DNA of 64,000 bases from Amphiscolops sp. MND2022 (taxonomy: Eukaryota): positions 32,056,001 to 32,120,000 of the forward strand of contig OZ076409.1 in NCBI GenBank assembly GCA_964187785.1, given 5' to 3'. Position numbers and translations under genes: made by a program. Below the pieces are notes generated by a model. The model was given only the letters and a program-made list of their open reading frames with translations. It made no database searches and was not told the origin of the DNA. Below, one piece after another: positions 13,722 through 27,623 of this stretch (the first letter of the stretch is position 1; each line of letters starts with the position of its first letter).

Positions 13722-14317
13722 GTGGGTAAACAATCAGATGTTTCCCTAAAAATGCCTATTGGAAAAGTCCGTAAAAAATTATCTAGACAGTTGCCCTGTA
13801 TAAGAGTGTGTATGTTTGGGTTTGCGTTGCAAATTAAGCCCATGAAGACCGTTTATCTAAGAACTCTCTTTAAAACGAAACTAGTTTTTTCCGCCGTGAA
13901 AATAAGATAATAAAAGTTAGAGACTGTAGACTTTTTCCTTCAGAATTTCATTTCATTCTGGTCAGTTCATGATTGTTGTTGCTAATATGCATGCTTTCAA
14001 GTGTGTTAATCACCCAGGAATCAAAAGCCACCCTTCAACTGAATATTTCATCCGGCTACTTAGGTGTACGCAAGTCTCCCACGACACCAAATTCAATCGA
14101 TTTCTGTTCATTGAGTTTCCGTAATTCAATTTTATAGCTAGACTTGCAGTAAACCAAGGGCTATTTCTAGTGATGGAGAATTGAATTCAAAAAACAAACT
14201 TATCCCGATAAACTAGGAACGTGCGTATAACGCAACATGTTAACTTTTTTGCAGTGTACCTGTTGCACAAGTACCCTTAACAGTAAGATTTTCAAGCCGT
14301 TTTTGTTGTTTGAGTTT

Positions 14318-15042
14318 TGTAACGGCACCCTGTGATCAACAAATTTTTCGAAGTTTGACGATTTTCTGAAAAATTCGTTCAAAAGTGACGTGGCCCTCAA
14401 ACATGAGTTCACGAGGTACCAGTCCTGCAAAATCATAAAGAGCGTGCACAAGCAAAGCCCGCGAGGCGGAAAAAAGAAGCGGAATGTCGAAAAAGTGCGT
14501 GAAACGTCATAAAACAGAAGAACCGTAGCCTATGCGCTAATTCCCACGGTGCCCATCACAGTTTGCACAGAATCAGCATGTTCGAGTAATTATACTATCC
14601 GGACCCAGGGTTGTGCCGAACCCGAGAACCAGTGCCATGCCACCTAGACCCAATTCGCCAAACTGGATTTTAACTCTTCTTTGACGTGTTATCGATTTGT
14701 TTGATGAATTTTTAATTCGAGAGCTACTCTTGTTAATGTTGATGTCATTTACAATAGATTCCCCTCTGGATCATTCAATTTAGTTCTATGCAACTCGACC
14801 CCCTTTTTACAGGCTATTTACACAGTGGATACGAGGAAAAATCGTATTTCATGTGACTAGTAGCAGTTACAGACCGGAGCAGGTCAGAGAGCATCCCTAG
14901 AGACGGTTCTCCCTTCTCGGGACCGGCATTCCCTAGGAGGACAAAATGGACTGGAGTTATGGTGATTAGTCCCGGATCTTGACCCATAGCTTCGGTTCCT
15001 CCATCCCTTGTAGCGAATAAACGCTCAGCGCTTTTCATTACA
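14318..15042 (+). repeat. 5' LTR of element 2
   Basis: Near-identical to 27624-28348; TG...CA termini; AATAAA near the 3' end. Confidence 0.95.
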
Positions 15043-17662
15043 TGGAACTTCATTTTTTGGCGACCACAGAGTGATCGTCTTTGGGAAGCTTTCCTTCATG
15101 GTTTTAAAATTTCTGACTCTCCGGTGTTTAGCGCCAAGACCGTTTCGACTCTGTGGGAGAAGCCAGAGTTTTGCTCCTATTTTAACGACTGTATGTATTC
15201 TTGGCTGTTGGAACAAAGGAAACCCAGAAAAACCCGAAGAAAATGCGTTTTCAGGTGGGAAAATGGCATTTTGAGGTTGAAAAAACCGTAAATGCATGTG
15301 GTAAAATGTCATGTTGTGTCAGCCCATCAGCGGGTATTTGTTTGACAGGGAATGGCCTTCGTAGCACGTGGCTACGTGTGTTAACCGGTATTTTCAGCTA
15401 TTTTCAGCTTTTTGAGTCATGCATGCCAGGTTTCCGCTGGAGAATAATCCATACTCCACCAGAGCGAAGAGGATGCAAAATGGGGTGTTTGGGTTCGTCA
15501 TTTCCCATTTCTCGTGGAGATGCCTGCCAGGGGTGAAATTTGGTGGACAGAGAGAACATTTCTGACGAAGATACCGTTCCAAACCGCAAGTCTCTAGCTG
15601 GTCTGGATGTGGAGAAATTGCGTGACGAAGATGCACCCCCTTGGACCAGAAATGTCGCTCAGATGGGACATGGTTCGCGAAAATTTTGAGATTGCACCTT
15701 TTTCATGGGGAATCGTTAGTGCAGGTCAGTGATACTTTATAATGTAGCGTCGCCCAGTGAAACGCCTTTGAGCGAAGAAACCAGAGATTTTCATTAAAAA
15801 GACAAATTTTCGCGTTTTTTGAGTGTTTTCTTTGGTTGGAGCACGAGTACTCCGTAAACCCCAACTAGCTTTGCCAGAAAGGTGGCAAAAGTAGCCTCTA
15901 ACCTTGAAGGAGCTGGGAAAAATAACGGGCAATGGTTCCCGTGGCTCTTTTAGGTGAAACAGTTGGAGTTTCCAGTAAAAAGTGCGAAAATTGGGAAAAA
16001 AGGTGAAAAACGCCCAAAAATTACTACTGTACCTAGGTGTAGAGGCCTGGGGCACTGCTGTAAAGCGGTTTCTCGAGTGACTCACAACCCTGGGTACTGG
16101 AAATAGCTTTTGCTAATCGTTTTGTTGGTATAGAGACCAAAAAAGGTTTAAAAAATCCTGTAATTTTGGCTGTTTTTGGGCCTTGCAGAGCATATCATTA
16201 AAAGCTCGAATAACAAGACCTTTAATCAATTCTAGGACCCCAAGCGCTCTCGTATTTTGTTTTTGTGATAAAAATAACGCATTCTGGTGAAAACCGCGTG
16301 CGAAACTTCCCATTCAGTGTCAAGAAAAGTGGAAAAACGCACTAAAATCAGCTCCTTTTCCCCTAAACCGGACTGTCCAACTGTTAGGGTCGGGTCATAA
16401 ATTCCCGAGCCCTAGCAGAAAAGTGGTTACATTTTCGCAACCACCAGTTAAATAGACGTCTATACTGTGGTTTTGGCGGGTCTAGTGTCAACCATGACCG
16501 AGAAAAACTCTGACGTTGTGACGACAGAGCAAGCTCAAATTGCCAAAATTTACCAAAATTGTAGGACTAGTAGTGCCCTACACCGGACGAGCGCGGCTAA
16601 TTGAAAGCCTATGGTAGTGCTAGCATCACTGGGGCAACGCGTTGACCCTCTGACCCTGCCGTAACATTTGTAGTGTCGACCCTCTTAGTCGATTTGTGAA
16701 AAAAGCGTCAAAAAGACCGTTTTTGCTAAAACCCTCTCCACGCCTAGCCCAGATTCCCGGAGAGCCAAAGAGCTTCCACCAAGCTGTCATACCAGCGTTG
16801 TGGGTACCCACTGGGAGCGTGTATCAAGTTTCGTGCCAATCGGTGCAGTATTCGTTGAGAAATTGACGAAAACATACTGCACAAAAACGGGAGCAAAAAA
16901 GCGATATTTTTCAAAATTTTTTGAAGTACCCAAGCACCTTGGCCGAAAAGTGAGGACAAATTGTCGCTCACCATCGTAACCAATACTAGTTGGCACACCG
17001 CTAGTCAAAAAATCGAGCCGCTGCTAGTAACCAGTGCCCAGATAGCGAGCAAATAGACTACATTTTGGTCCCTATTATAAGGTAGGAGTACCGCACGTCT
17101 GTACCGCGGCAGTTTACAAGTATCGGGAACAAGTATCTCAAACCAGTGGTCAGTTCCGTGTACCTACGTGTGTGAAGGATCCCCCAGCAAAATTTGAGCA
17201 AATTTCGACCGCTAGGTGACGGACACGAGCCACCTGTGTTTTTTTGGCATCGTTCGAGAAAAGTCAAAAATTGCTGTGAATCCTTCCCGATCGTCTCATA
17301 GATAACCGCGATCTGAGTTCATTTTCCGCACTTGTGACTGAAAACCTACTACGTGTGCGATTTTGAGCCTGCTACGGCCCTTTGAAGCGATTTCGACCTT
17401 CTCGAGGCATTCGGTAGTTGAAAATTAATTGTTTAAGTCCACACCGAGACGACTGGAGGTCTATCACAGTCTAACACACTTCGGTGACCTCTGGGAACGG
17501 ATTGGGCAAGCTGAGGACGCCTCATAGTCAGGTTGAGTACCTTTCACACAGGTAACGCTTCCAGATTGGTACGGACGAACGGCAGTACAGCCCAATAGCC
17601 TAAAAACTAGAGATATTGGTGTATCTTCTTGCGCCTTATCGCAGCTCAACGGTTGAAGCACC

Positions 17663-20274
17663 ATGTTTTGGGCGAGTGTGGCAACCATAGTCCGGCTGTT
17701 CACGCGAAGCGCGGAGGAAGCTAGCGAGTCTAGTGCACCTGAGGCTATCTTTCCGAGCGAAACGCAAGAGAAAAGCTCGACCCAACGAGAAAGTTCAGAT
17801 ACTATTAGTCAGGCGAGTTTGCGAGAGTGGCCATCTGCGGAATCATTGTTAACCGGTTCCTCCTTTTCAGAAGCAATGAGCGACAGCGTTACTGTTGATC
17901 AACAACGACGAGAAGAGCAAAACGCTACGGCCTTAAATTCACCTGTATCGGAAGAACGTATCCGTACTGGACAATGGATTAAAGACAACCGAGGCGAACT
18001 GGCTGGGTTGTGGCCCAATTCCAATCAAACGGCGGTGGACGTGACCCCAGTGCGTGCCGGGTGCACAGAAACACCCAAGAACAACGACAGCCCCGCTAGT
18101 AAAGATACCAATGCTATCTTGGAAGGCATGACTTACGTTGGTGGGATGAACTATGCCAAGTGTCGTTTGGAAGCTTGTCGGGCAAAGACCTCTGGCAAGC
18201 AACGAGCCTTAGCACGCCTGGCCGACACTCATGCCGAATGTAATGAGCAACACAAAGTCATGACTGCAGAATTGGAAGCCATGCAGGACTCCGTGAAATG
18301 TAGCCTGAGGAGCGCAACTCAACAGACGACGGTGCAAGCCGCAAAGGTGGACGCCATGGGTCATCGCCTGAATGACATGAAGGACTTACTCCTCCAACGC
18401 GAACTGCGTATAGAAGTACGGCTGGCTAAACTCAGTGACCAGATGCGTACTCTAGGTGCTGTATCCCAAGCAACGACTCCGGAAGTTGAGCAAACTGAGG
18501 TTGCTAAACCTGTTGCATCCACGAGTAAGATGGTGCCTATGCGCAGCCCCAACCCACCGATAACATTGAAAGCATGCCCCAAAACGGAACCCAAGGTGTT
18601 CATACCGCCAGTAATGGGCACGAAGACCACAAAGGTCCACGTGTGCACACCCAACTCACTCAGCGCAGTACCAATGCCATCGATGACGTCACCCGGGAGT
18701 AGACCCTATGCCGACCACGTCATCGACCATTGACCTGACCGACACCAGAGCAACTGCTGGCTCACACGCTAGCAGTACGGAGGATGAAGCCTATACCACC
18801 GCCAGGGTAAGAACCGTTGGAACCAACTCAATGTTCTTAACCGCGAGCGAAGGAATTCTTACAGGCAATCCTTGTGCAAGCCCGCAAGAAGGACACTGCG
18901 AACGGCGAGTTGTCTATGCAGGCCACCAGAGGCAGTCGAGACGACTCTCCAGCCCCTAGTGAGGGAGAGGAGGTAATCTCTCCAGAACAGCTGCGATTCA
19001 CAGCCGCCATTTCCAAGGCCATGTCCAAAGAACTGGCCCCTCTACTGGCTGGACGTGACCCAACTCAAGCTAGGCCCAGCGTCTACAGGGGATCCAAGGA
19101 AGGCCCAAAAGTATTCGAACTGCTAGCCAGTCGATTTGGGACTGGAGGCAACCGCTTGCAAGTGCGCCAAGCCTTGACCACTCGGCAGCAATCTGAGAGG
19201 GAAGACTGGATGCAATACTTGGACGCGCTAGAAGGGCTACGAAGCCAAGGCTTACCTGACGAGTCAGTCACTACCAAGCGTTATGAAATCCGCATCGATG
19301 GCGTTCGCGATCCCATCTTGCGAAGAGAATAATCTATTATTTATGCATCCGAAACCACTGTTAGCCAACCTCCCACGGTAGAATCTTTACGATTCACAAC
19401 CCGACAATTGCAGCGTACTAGATCCAAGTCTGCACTGTATGACCCAAGGTACGCAATGAGGTCAAGGCCTCATCCTTTAACACCATTACCAACCAACAAG
19501 ATGGTGCTTCCTCAGGGGGTTCTACCTCCCCCACCCGCTAACAATGCCCCAACAAATGCGGCAGCTGCACAACCCACTGCACGCCTTCCCCTAGGCGCTT
19601 GTTTTAACTGTGGTCAGACCGGACACTTCGCTCGAGACTGCCCCAACCGCGACCAGGCTCGCAAACTTACAAGTGCACCAGAACCTGAGGGGGTGAAAGT
19701 AACAGCCGAGGACATAACTGATGGCGTTCTGGAGAATTATCCGGGATTCCGCCAATGTGCTCATTGTGGGATATTTGACCATGTGGATTCACCGTGCACC
19801 AGAAACCTTGTAATCCCAAACGAGGAGCTTGCTTACAATCGCTGGACCGAGGTAGAATTGGCTGTAGTCACTGCCCAAACCGTACCTTTAGAAGATGATC
19901 GTGTGCTAATGTTACATCCAGCAGAATCACCCGCGTTCTACACCCCCCTGACTATTACCTGCGGTGCCAAGCAAGTTCAAACCTGCTTAGAACCAACCAC
20001 TTTCGACCCTCAAGGACGAACGCTGATTTCTATACACTTGATGTTGGCAGCAGAACAATTGCGTCGACCAATACTAACATTGGTCAAACTCTGGGTCGAA
20101 CTATCACTCTTGTACAAGCGCGTGGAATTACCCCGCCCCAAGGATTGGTACGCCCCAGGGGATTCTGACACCCTCACAACTGATTCCCCCGTGCCTATCT
20201 GTGCCACCATGGATGGCGTAGATCTAATGTTTGAAGCCTGTGTAGTAGTGGATGTTTTTCTCCCTGACATCTGA
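17663..20274 (+). pseudogene. gag: gag-like region of element 2
   Basis: Coiled-coil N-terminus, capsid-like segment (RQQSEREDWMQYLDALEGL) and CCHC knuckle CFNCGQTGHFARDC; broken by frameshifts and stops. Confidence 0.85.
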
Positions 20275-23200
20275 TTGGGCCCCCAAGAACTCAAATGTTA
20301 CGACATAAATCATCAAGAACCCACTGGTGAGGCGCGAATAGACGAGCGTGCTTCACTCGTTGTCTCCTTTGTTGTGCCCCAGGTGGCACCAATTCCATTG
20401 CGAGGACTTGTTGATACAAGTTCAGGTGTGTCAATGACCTTTTCAGGCTTAAACCGTATAGCCGCCCAAACAGGCACTGTATTGAAGCCGTACCAGATTG
20501 ACTTATATGCTGCCAACGGTAAAACCATTAAAACTTTTGGTTTGGCCGAGCAGATCCGTTTTCAGCTGGGAGGTTACGAGCTCGAAAACAAATTCGTCGT
20601 GGTGGATGATGCCATGGGCGTGGAAGACTTCCTATTGGGCCGTAACTTTCTCCGAGCCTATCAAGTGCTCGTGGATCTAACCTCCATGAAGATAATGCTC
20701 CGTGCACCCGTGAAACCTGTTTGCCATCAAGCACATACACAGGTAGGTGATGCTTCTGTAGCTACTCCCGTCGCTTTAGACAGCGACTTGGTTCTACAGC
20801 CATTCGAACGAACGGTTGTCAAAGCAAAACTTATCACCAATGAACTAGAACCACTGATATTCCAAAATGTCATACTGAATGCGGCAATTGCTGACGTATC
20901 GCTGCAAAACATTGTGTTTTTAGAGGACAGCGTTGCCACTGTCAGTGAAGCAGGCCATGTTTTTATCAGCGTGTCCAGCAACCCACAGCGAGTACGAAAA
21001 GGATTCCGGTTGGGCAATGTGGTCCCTGTATCACTGGTCTATCAGGCCATTCCACAGCAGTCTACACCTCAACCTACCCAACGAATTGAAGTGAATAACG
21101 ACCAGTTTGCGTTTGTAAACAAAATTTATGAAGAGATGAATTACGATACTGATTCGCAATTAACTTCTCCTTCTGAGTTTGAGTTTTTGTCTTCAACAGA
21201 CCCTGCTGAGGAAGGTCTTTCAGATCGCGAAATACGTAAGCGTACGGATCCCGAACTCATGGCTCCAGTACAGTACCTGAGTCACAACTCAAGGAGGTCC
21301 AGGACCTATGGGGTCCCAAAGCCAGCGCTTCGCTCGAAAGCATCCTAACTGAATTTGATGATTTGTTGAAACACAAGGCTGATATTGGTCGATGCACTAT
21401 AGCCAAACATCCTGTCGAAATCGAACCTGGTGCAGGGCCCCACCGCGAAGGTGCGAGACGCATGTCCCCCGAGAAGGCAGAACGTGCCAATCAAGAGGTA
21501 CGCAATTAGCTCGCGCTGGGCATGAATCAGCCCTCCTTGTCACCTTGGGCAAGCGGGATAGTCATGGTCAAGAAAACAAATGGCGAGTTACGTTTTTGTT
21601 GTGACTTCCGCCCTTTAAACTAAGTCGCCATTAAGGATGCGTATCCATTGCCTCGCATCGATGAGAGCCTCGCCAGGTTGGGCAAAGCTAAAATCTACAC
21701 CAGCATCGATTTAGTTTGGGCTTTCTGGCAAATTCCCGTCCGAAAAGCTGACCGCCAGAAAACCGCCTTTGCCTGCGAATTGGGGTTGTTTGAGTGGCGA
21801 CGCATGCCCTTTGGTATGTGTAATGCCTCTGCCACCTTCCAAAGAGCGATAGCCCGAGCGCTACGCAAAATCGAGAATCGTGAAGGTAGCATGGTAATGG
21901 CCTACCTTGATGACATTGTCATCGCCACAGAAACGGTGGAGGATCATATGGTACGTCTTCGTGAAGTTTTTGAATGCTTGCGTGAAGCTGGCTTCAAAAT
22001 GAGGGTTGCTAAATGCAACTTCATGAAGTCCGAGACCAAGTACCTAGGTCGTGTCGTGTCAGCAGAAGGAATAAAACCCAACTCCAAAGCTGTCGCAAAG
22101 CTACGCGACTGGGAAATTCCACGTAACAAGACGGAAATGCAGAGCATTCTAGACTTCGCCAATTTTTACCGCGAGTTTGTTCCTTGGCATGCCAAATTGG
22201 TAGCTCCCTTGCATGCCATCACCGGCATTAAAGCCACTTTTGCCTGGCGATCTGAACTAGCCTTCAATGAGATCAAAAAAGCACTCATTGACGCCACTGC
22301 TCTTGCGCAACCAGATTCCGAAGCTGAATTTGTGCTGGACACCGACGCCAGTGCTGTTGCCATTTCAGGCATACTTCATCAGTGGCAAGGCCCACCTGGA
22401 GAAAGGCGCTTGCGCCCCATTGTGTATGGCAGCAAAAAACTCAGCGCCACCCAGGCCAAAAATGGAGCGCCCAAGCTGGAATTATACGCGACATATCATT
22501 TCATCGTGAAGAACCACATGTACTTGTGTCCACGAAAGTTCACGTTGAGAGTGGATAATCAGGCGCTAGCATGGTTAAAAACGTACTCCACGGACCAAGC
22601 CCTCATTGGTAGATGGATAATGGCACTGGAAAATACCATTTCCGTGTCGAACACCGACCACGGACACAACATCGCAATGCCTATGGCTTGTCCAAATACC
22701 AATGATTGTCGATTGAGAAAACAACAGCTCGAAAAACTACCATCAGTTGCAGAACGCTGGAATTTTCCCTCCCAAGACGAGTACGAACGGCTGCCCACTG
22801 CACCTTGGTTTGATGTACAGGGACGAGTGATTCCCAATCATCCCGAGCTACCTTCACACTTGAAAAACCTGCAACCAGACCCCCCCTGATCTGGTCCAAC
22901 GCGTGATTCGCCGCACACAACCAGTCAAACGACGAGTCAGGCAGAAGGAGGCACTGCAAGTTCCCCTGCCCCCACTGTCGCCTCCTATCCTACACGCCCA
23001 TGAAGATTTCTATTGCGATTATCCGGAAGACTGGAGAGATGAGACTGAAGAAGCTCGAAGGTTTAGTGGAGCGCCAAAACCGTACCTTGCTTACTTTGTT
23101 ACGTGTTTTTTGTTCGCAACGAATGCGCGATTGGGATCAGCATCTAGATGAGGTCCTTGGTGCTTACAACTCTACGCGCCATGCAACCACAGGGTTCTCG

Positions 23201-23599
23201 CCCTACATGTTAACCAGAGGCACAGAAAAGGCAATACCTCTCAGATACTTGTACCCTGAGTTTGCCACCCAGTCTTTTCCTACGCACGACGCGTACGTGG
23301 ACCATGTGTTGGCACGCCAACAAGAAATTCATGATTTGGTGCGTAGAAACACACACCAAGCTCAGCTGCGGCAGCAGCTTGAATTTGACCGCGCAATACG
23401 GGCCAAAGCCTACGCAAAAGGCGATTTGGTTTGGTTTTTCTGTCGGTATGTTCCTCAGAAGGGTTCCCCCAAACTAATGCGCGCCTGGCGTGGCCCACAC
23501 CGTGTGGTGCACACCCTGCAAGATGGACGTGTTTACATCCTTGATACAAGGCAAAAGGTCCACTTCGAGCGTCTCAAACCCAATAATAGTGGCATCTAG
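20275..23599 (+). pseudogene. pol: pol of element 2 (protease, RT, RNase H, partial integrase)
   Basis: Protease GLVDTSSG and LLGRNFL; RT MPFGMCNASATFQ and AYLDD; RNase H LDTDAS and VDNQAL; integrase C-terminal half GLVERQNRTL and WRGPH. The integrase zinc finger and first catalytic Asp residues appear deleted near 23050. Confidence 0.93.
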
Positions 23600-23866
23600 A
23601 ATTTGTCGCTACCCCTCTTGACACCGGCGACATAGCCGTAGTCATGGATCCGGAGCCTGAACACTCTATAGAGCCCATAAATGATGACTGTTCAAAACTT
23701 TCCTATAATACTGAACAACTGCTTTCAGAAGCCTCGAATGACCTTCTCGTCAGTGTCACTGGATGGATACTAGACTACGCACAAAGCTGCGTGCGGGAGG
23801 GAACCGCCAACATTACCAACAATTCGACTACTCCCGTCCGACAAAGACGAAGAGACGTCGAGGGCG

Positions 23867-25740
23867 ATGCTTCCCATCCCCACCTATTCACCACAACAAA
23901 TTCAAGCCCAACCCCCTCCCGAGGCGATCAACGGGCTCCCGGCACCCGATTCTTTATCGGATGTCTCAATGCTCAGTTGCCTCCCACAATTGTTTTCCGA
24001 TCACGGGCCAATGCGCTCCCCTTCACCACAAATTTCACAGTCAGGTAATACTCCGGAGCTATCCCTAGCGGGTACCTCTGCTCCGTTGCTGACTCAACCC
24101 TCCTTTACCGACTACCTCAGCAATTATCCTCATTGGCCAGATCAAGCCAAAGGTTCCACTGCGCCTTCTTCCTGTCCATCTTCACCCTCAGTGGCTATAC
24201 CCTCGGCAACGTCACCACAATCGCTACCCACCGCTCCTTCTATCAAAAGGGGGAGGGGAGAACTCGGAAGAAAACCCTCCAGCGAAAGGCTCAGGGCAAA
24301 ACAGCGTCCAAAGCGCAAAAAACCAAAACCGGATACTCGGTTGGGATCTCAGAATCGATACCAGCTGAGACGCAAACAACAGCCCAGATACAAAAGCGGC
24401 GCATGTGGCCTAGGCGATTGTGTATGCGTGCTGGCAATGAATGAAGAACGGGATGTTCCTACTGGAGACCGGGGCGCCCCCCAAGAGGGACGACAACACG
24501 CCGAATTAGTTCATCGCAACATTGTGCGAGCAGAAAAAACCTTCTCCGGGGTGGAACGAACTAAAAAGTACCCAGCCGAGACGATTTTGCAACAGATCGC
24601 CGTACCGGGCGTTGCAAAAGCACCATGCCCCCGGTTCAAGGAATGGACCAGCGATGGCAAGGGCTTGGAGTTTACGTTAGCGACTGTGGTACCTCCGGTA
24701 CCTCCCAGCATCGTGTTTGGACCATTTAATTTTGAACGAGAACCGGTGCAATTGGCCAGGTGCATCACTGCCGACTTATTGCTTGATCGGTATGGAGTAG
24801 AAGTAGAACCAGGCGGTGTCTACAGTCCAGCCTCGTTTTGGTGGCTCATGGTAACTGCCTCACTCGTTGATGCATTGGTGAATCCACAACATTTGCTACT
24901 GTGCTTAGAAAGTCTCAGGACTTCCACAACGGAAAATTTGATTCTTTGCTTCCACTTGATAGACTGGTATCGAGGCAAGGTGAAGTTCCGTTGGTGGTTG
25001 GAGCTAATCATTACATGTTTTACTCGTTACCCGCGAATCCGTTTGCTAGATAAATGGACCCATACTTTTGAGGAACCCTTGCAAGTTAAGGCAGCCGTAA
25101 GCACGCTGAATCAATCACTACCACGCTCTGTATGGCAGGACCTAGCTGCGATACAAGGTCGCACCCCACGTGTGTGCGTGTACCACAGGACAACGGACCT
25201 GGTCGGGAAATAGTGTTTGCAGGTAGTTTACTTCCCGACATGGTGGAATGTAACTCATACGATTCCACTGATTTTTTGCAAGCCGAAGGGCACATCGCCC
25301 TGACGTGTCCAGCGGACTTGGAAACGAGCTCCACAGCGTTGCGCTACGTGCTACGGGAATGTGGCAAAGAACAAGTGTTCTCATTGCGCCCACAAGTCGG
25401 AGAAATACTTACCCTGACCCCCACGATCACCAACAAACCCGCCCAAACGATACACCTGCTGATCACACGCGCAAATCAGCGTGCACCGTTAATAGCCGAT
25501 GACTTCCTACTATGCTTGAGGAAGTTGGTGGCATGGTTGGAGGACAGATGAGTCTCTCAGGTCCACTTTCCCATACTGGACCCTGAAAGACCAGTGTACT
25601 CATTAGCTAATCTGTATCGAGTGATGATGGACTTATTCCTAGACACGAATATTCACGTAGTGTTGCACAACCGCGTGTATGTGTCTATTCTAGGCATTGA
25701 AGTAGGTGATAGACCACCTTGTTGCCATCTCCCAAAATAA
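23867..25740 (+). pseudogene. Extra ORF downstream of integrase with one or two OARD1/TARG1(Poa1p)-like macrodomains
   Basis: HIALTCPADL...IHLLITR...LLCLRKL...VSQVHFPILD...MDLFLDTNIHVVL follows the Poa1p-like macro pattern; a weaker copy lies at ~24720-25060. Confidence 0.55.
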
Positions 25741-25950
25741 AACCAACCGTAAACCCTGGTTGTTCCAGAAGGTTTTACTGTGCTGTTTACTTAGCTTAGT
25801 CATTAATCACTTTATCTAAACCCGGTCGAGGATGCCTTCAGCATCCTGTTTTCATCTAACGAATTCCCTTATGGAATCGGTTTTAACAAAGCACTAATCA
25901 GCATCCGTATGGTAGGAATAACGAACACTTATTTTTAGACCCATGATAAG

Positions 25951-26825
25951 ATGGCATACCATCACACGGCCCCTGCCCATGCCCAGCCTAGTCAAAACGC
26001 TGCTCGAACACAGCGAATCAATCAAGTGCAGTTCATTGAAGAGACGCTGCGCAATGGCATTTCGCCGGCGGCTGTGGCCGGAATCACTGCTCCCTTAGCG
26101 CAGTTAGAAACCCAGCCCACTTTACCCAGTTTAGCCGTATCCATAGTAGCCGATGTGGCAGGATACAAGCGCAATATGACCTGCCGAAATGGATCAGTGT
26201 GGCGGCACAAATACGCGATCGCAACCTGTCGCGTCGAATGGCCCCCCTGCAATATGAGCCTGCCTGGCGCCCACAAGGACGCATGGCTATGTCTGGAGAC
26301 ATGCCATTTCCACTGTTAGACATAGTGAATCAGGTATTAGGCGCGGAAATGCGCGCTGAATGGGATGAGGAGTGTCTCAACTTCGAAGTCAGCAAGTTCA
26401 AAATGTCGAAACAAGCTTGTACGCTTTGGAAGCAAACCGGCTGGGTATCAAAGCGTGCCACATTAGCAGCCAACCACCGTGCTGAGGAGGAGTGCGCCGC
26501 ACGGTATGCTCCGCAAATGTCACAAACTGCCGCTCCTCCTACTATGGCGATGTCACTAGAGCAACCACTAACAGTAAATGCTGATCCAATGGAAGCGGAG
26601 GTTGCAGAAGACGAAACAGCTATGCCTGTAACCCCTAGCCCTTCCGGAGAACATGAAGCAGAGCTGACTCCCAACGTAGAGCTGGCTGAACCCATCGGTG
26701 AACTCACCATTGATACCGATGCCGAAACTGTTGTGCCTTCACCAGTTAGACGAGCGTCTGTGAGCGATGCCTCACCTCCACGAGAAATCTCTCCTCGAAG
26801 CAGGAATAAGTCTGCTATTCAATGA
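25951..26825 (+). CDS. Hypothetical 3' ORF of element 2 (frameshifted, acidic/Pro-rich tail)
   Basis: Overlapping ORFs 25951-26319 and 26199-26825, preceded by an acceptor-like TTTTTAG at ~25932-25938. Confidence 0.35.
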
Positions 26826-27623
26826 TCCTCACATTCCAATGAACTGCCGATGCTTTAGTGAATCTGAGAATTCACCAACAAGTCAAAAGAAGCTAGGCCT
26901 TCTCCAACGAAACTCAAAAAAACTCTACAGCCTTATTACGGTGCTGCATTCAATTGGTGCAATTTTAGATAACTGTTATTAGTTAGACATTTTGATTTGA
27001 TTTTATGCCTTGGGTGTATGGTCATTGACTGCACCTGCCCCTTTTGCCAGTATTGCATTAACAAAGCTCTTCAAAAAGAAACGATCAATCAAACACTGTT
27101 TTCTTTCAATAAACGCTTTTGGCGTTGCCCAAAGAAGAAGTCCAGGTGCGAAAGCACAGCGAAGTTGGAAAAAAATTTTAAATTGAATTGTAGTTCTCTA
27201 GTCGAGTCTTGTACATTCTATCGACTGTCTATTCACTGAACAGAGCTTATACGCTCCTGAGAAAAAGATGTTTTTAGCAAAAACTGTGAGAAACAAGTCG
27301 TTGCAAAAACTTAAGAAAAAGAAATTTTAGCTGGCACTGGCCGCAAAAGACGCTTTAGCCATCATCAGAGCTCAAAATGGCTCAAGCCTCCTAGAAATTT
27401 GTAGCTCTTGAGCTGGTGCTACAAACGTCTTGAGTTTTTTGTAAAAATACTACGTCTTGTAGTAAAATTGCGATAAATCCAAAAAGGCGATGTCTTCAAG
27501 TGGCTGTTCTATGCAACGGCACGTCAACTCCAAGATGTATCCACACCATGGATAGTACCCTGTCTTCAGATGAGAAACCCCGATGCTTGCCAGGGACGAC
27601 AAGCCAGGAGCCCAGGGAGTGGA

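Noticed and set aside
17939..23549. Many short minus-strand ORFs over gag-pol
   Set aside because: Shadow frames of the retrotransposon coding strand.
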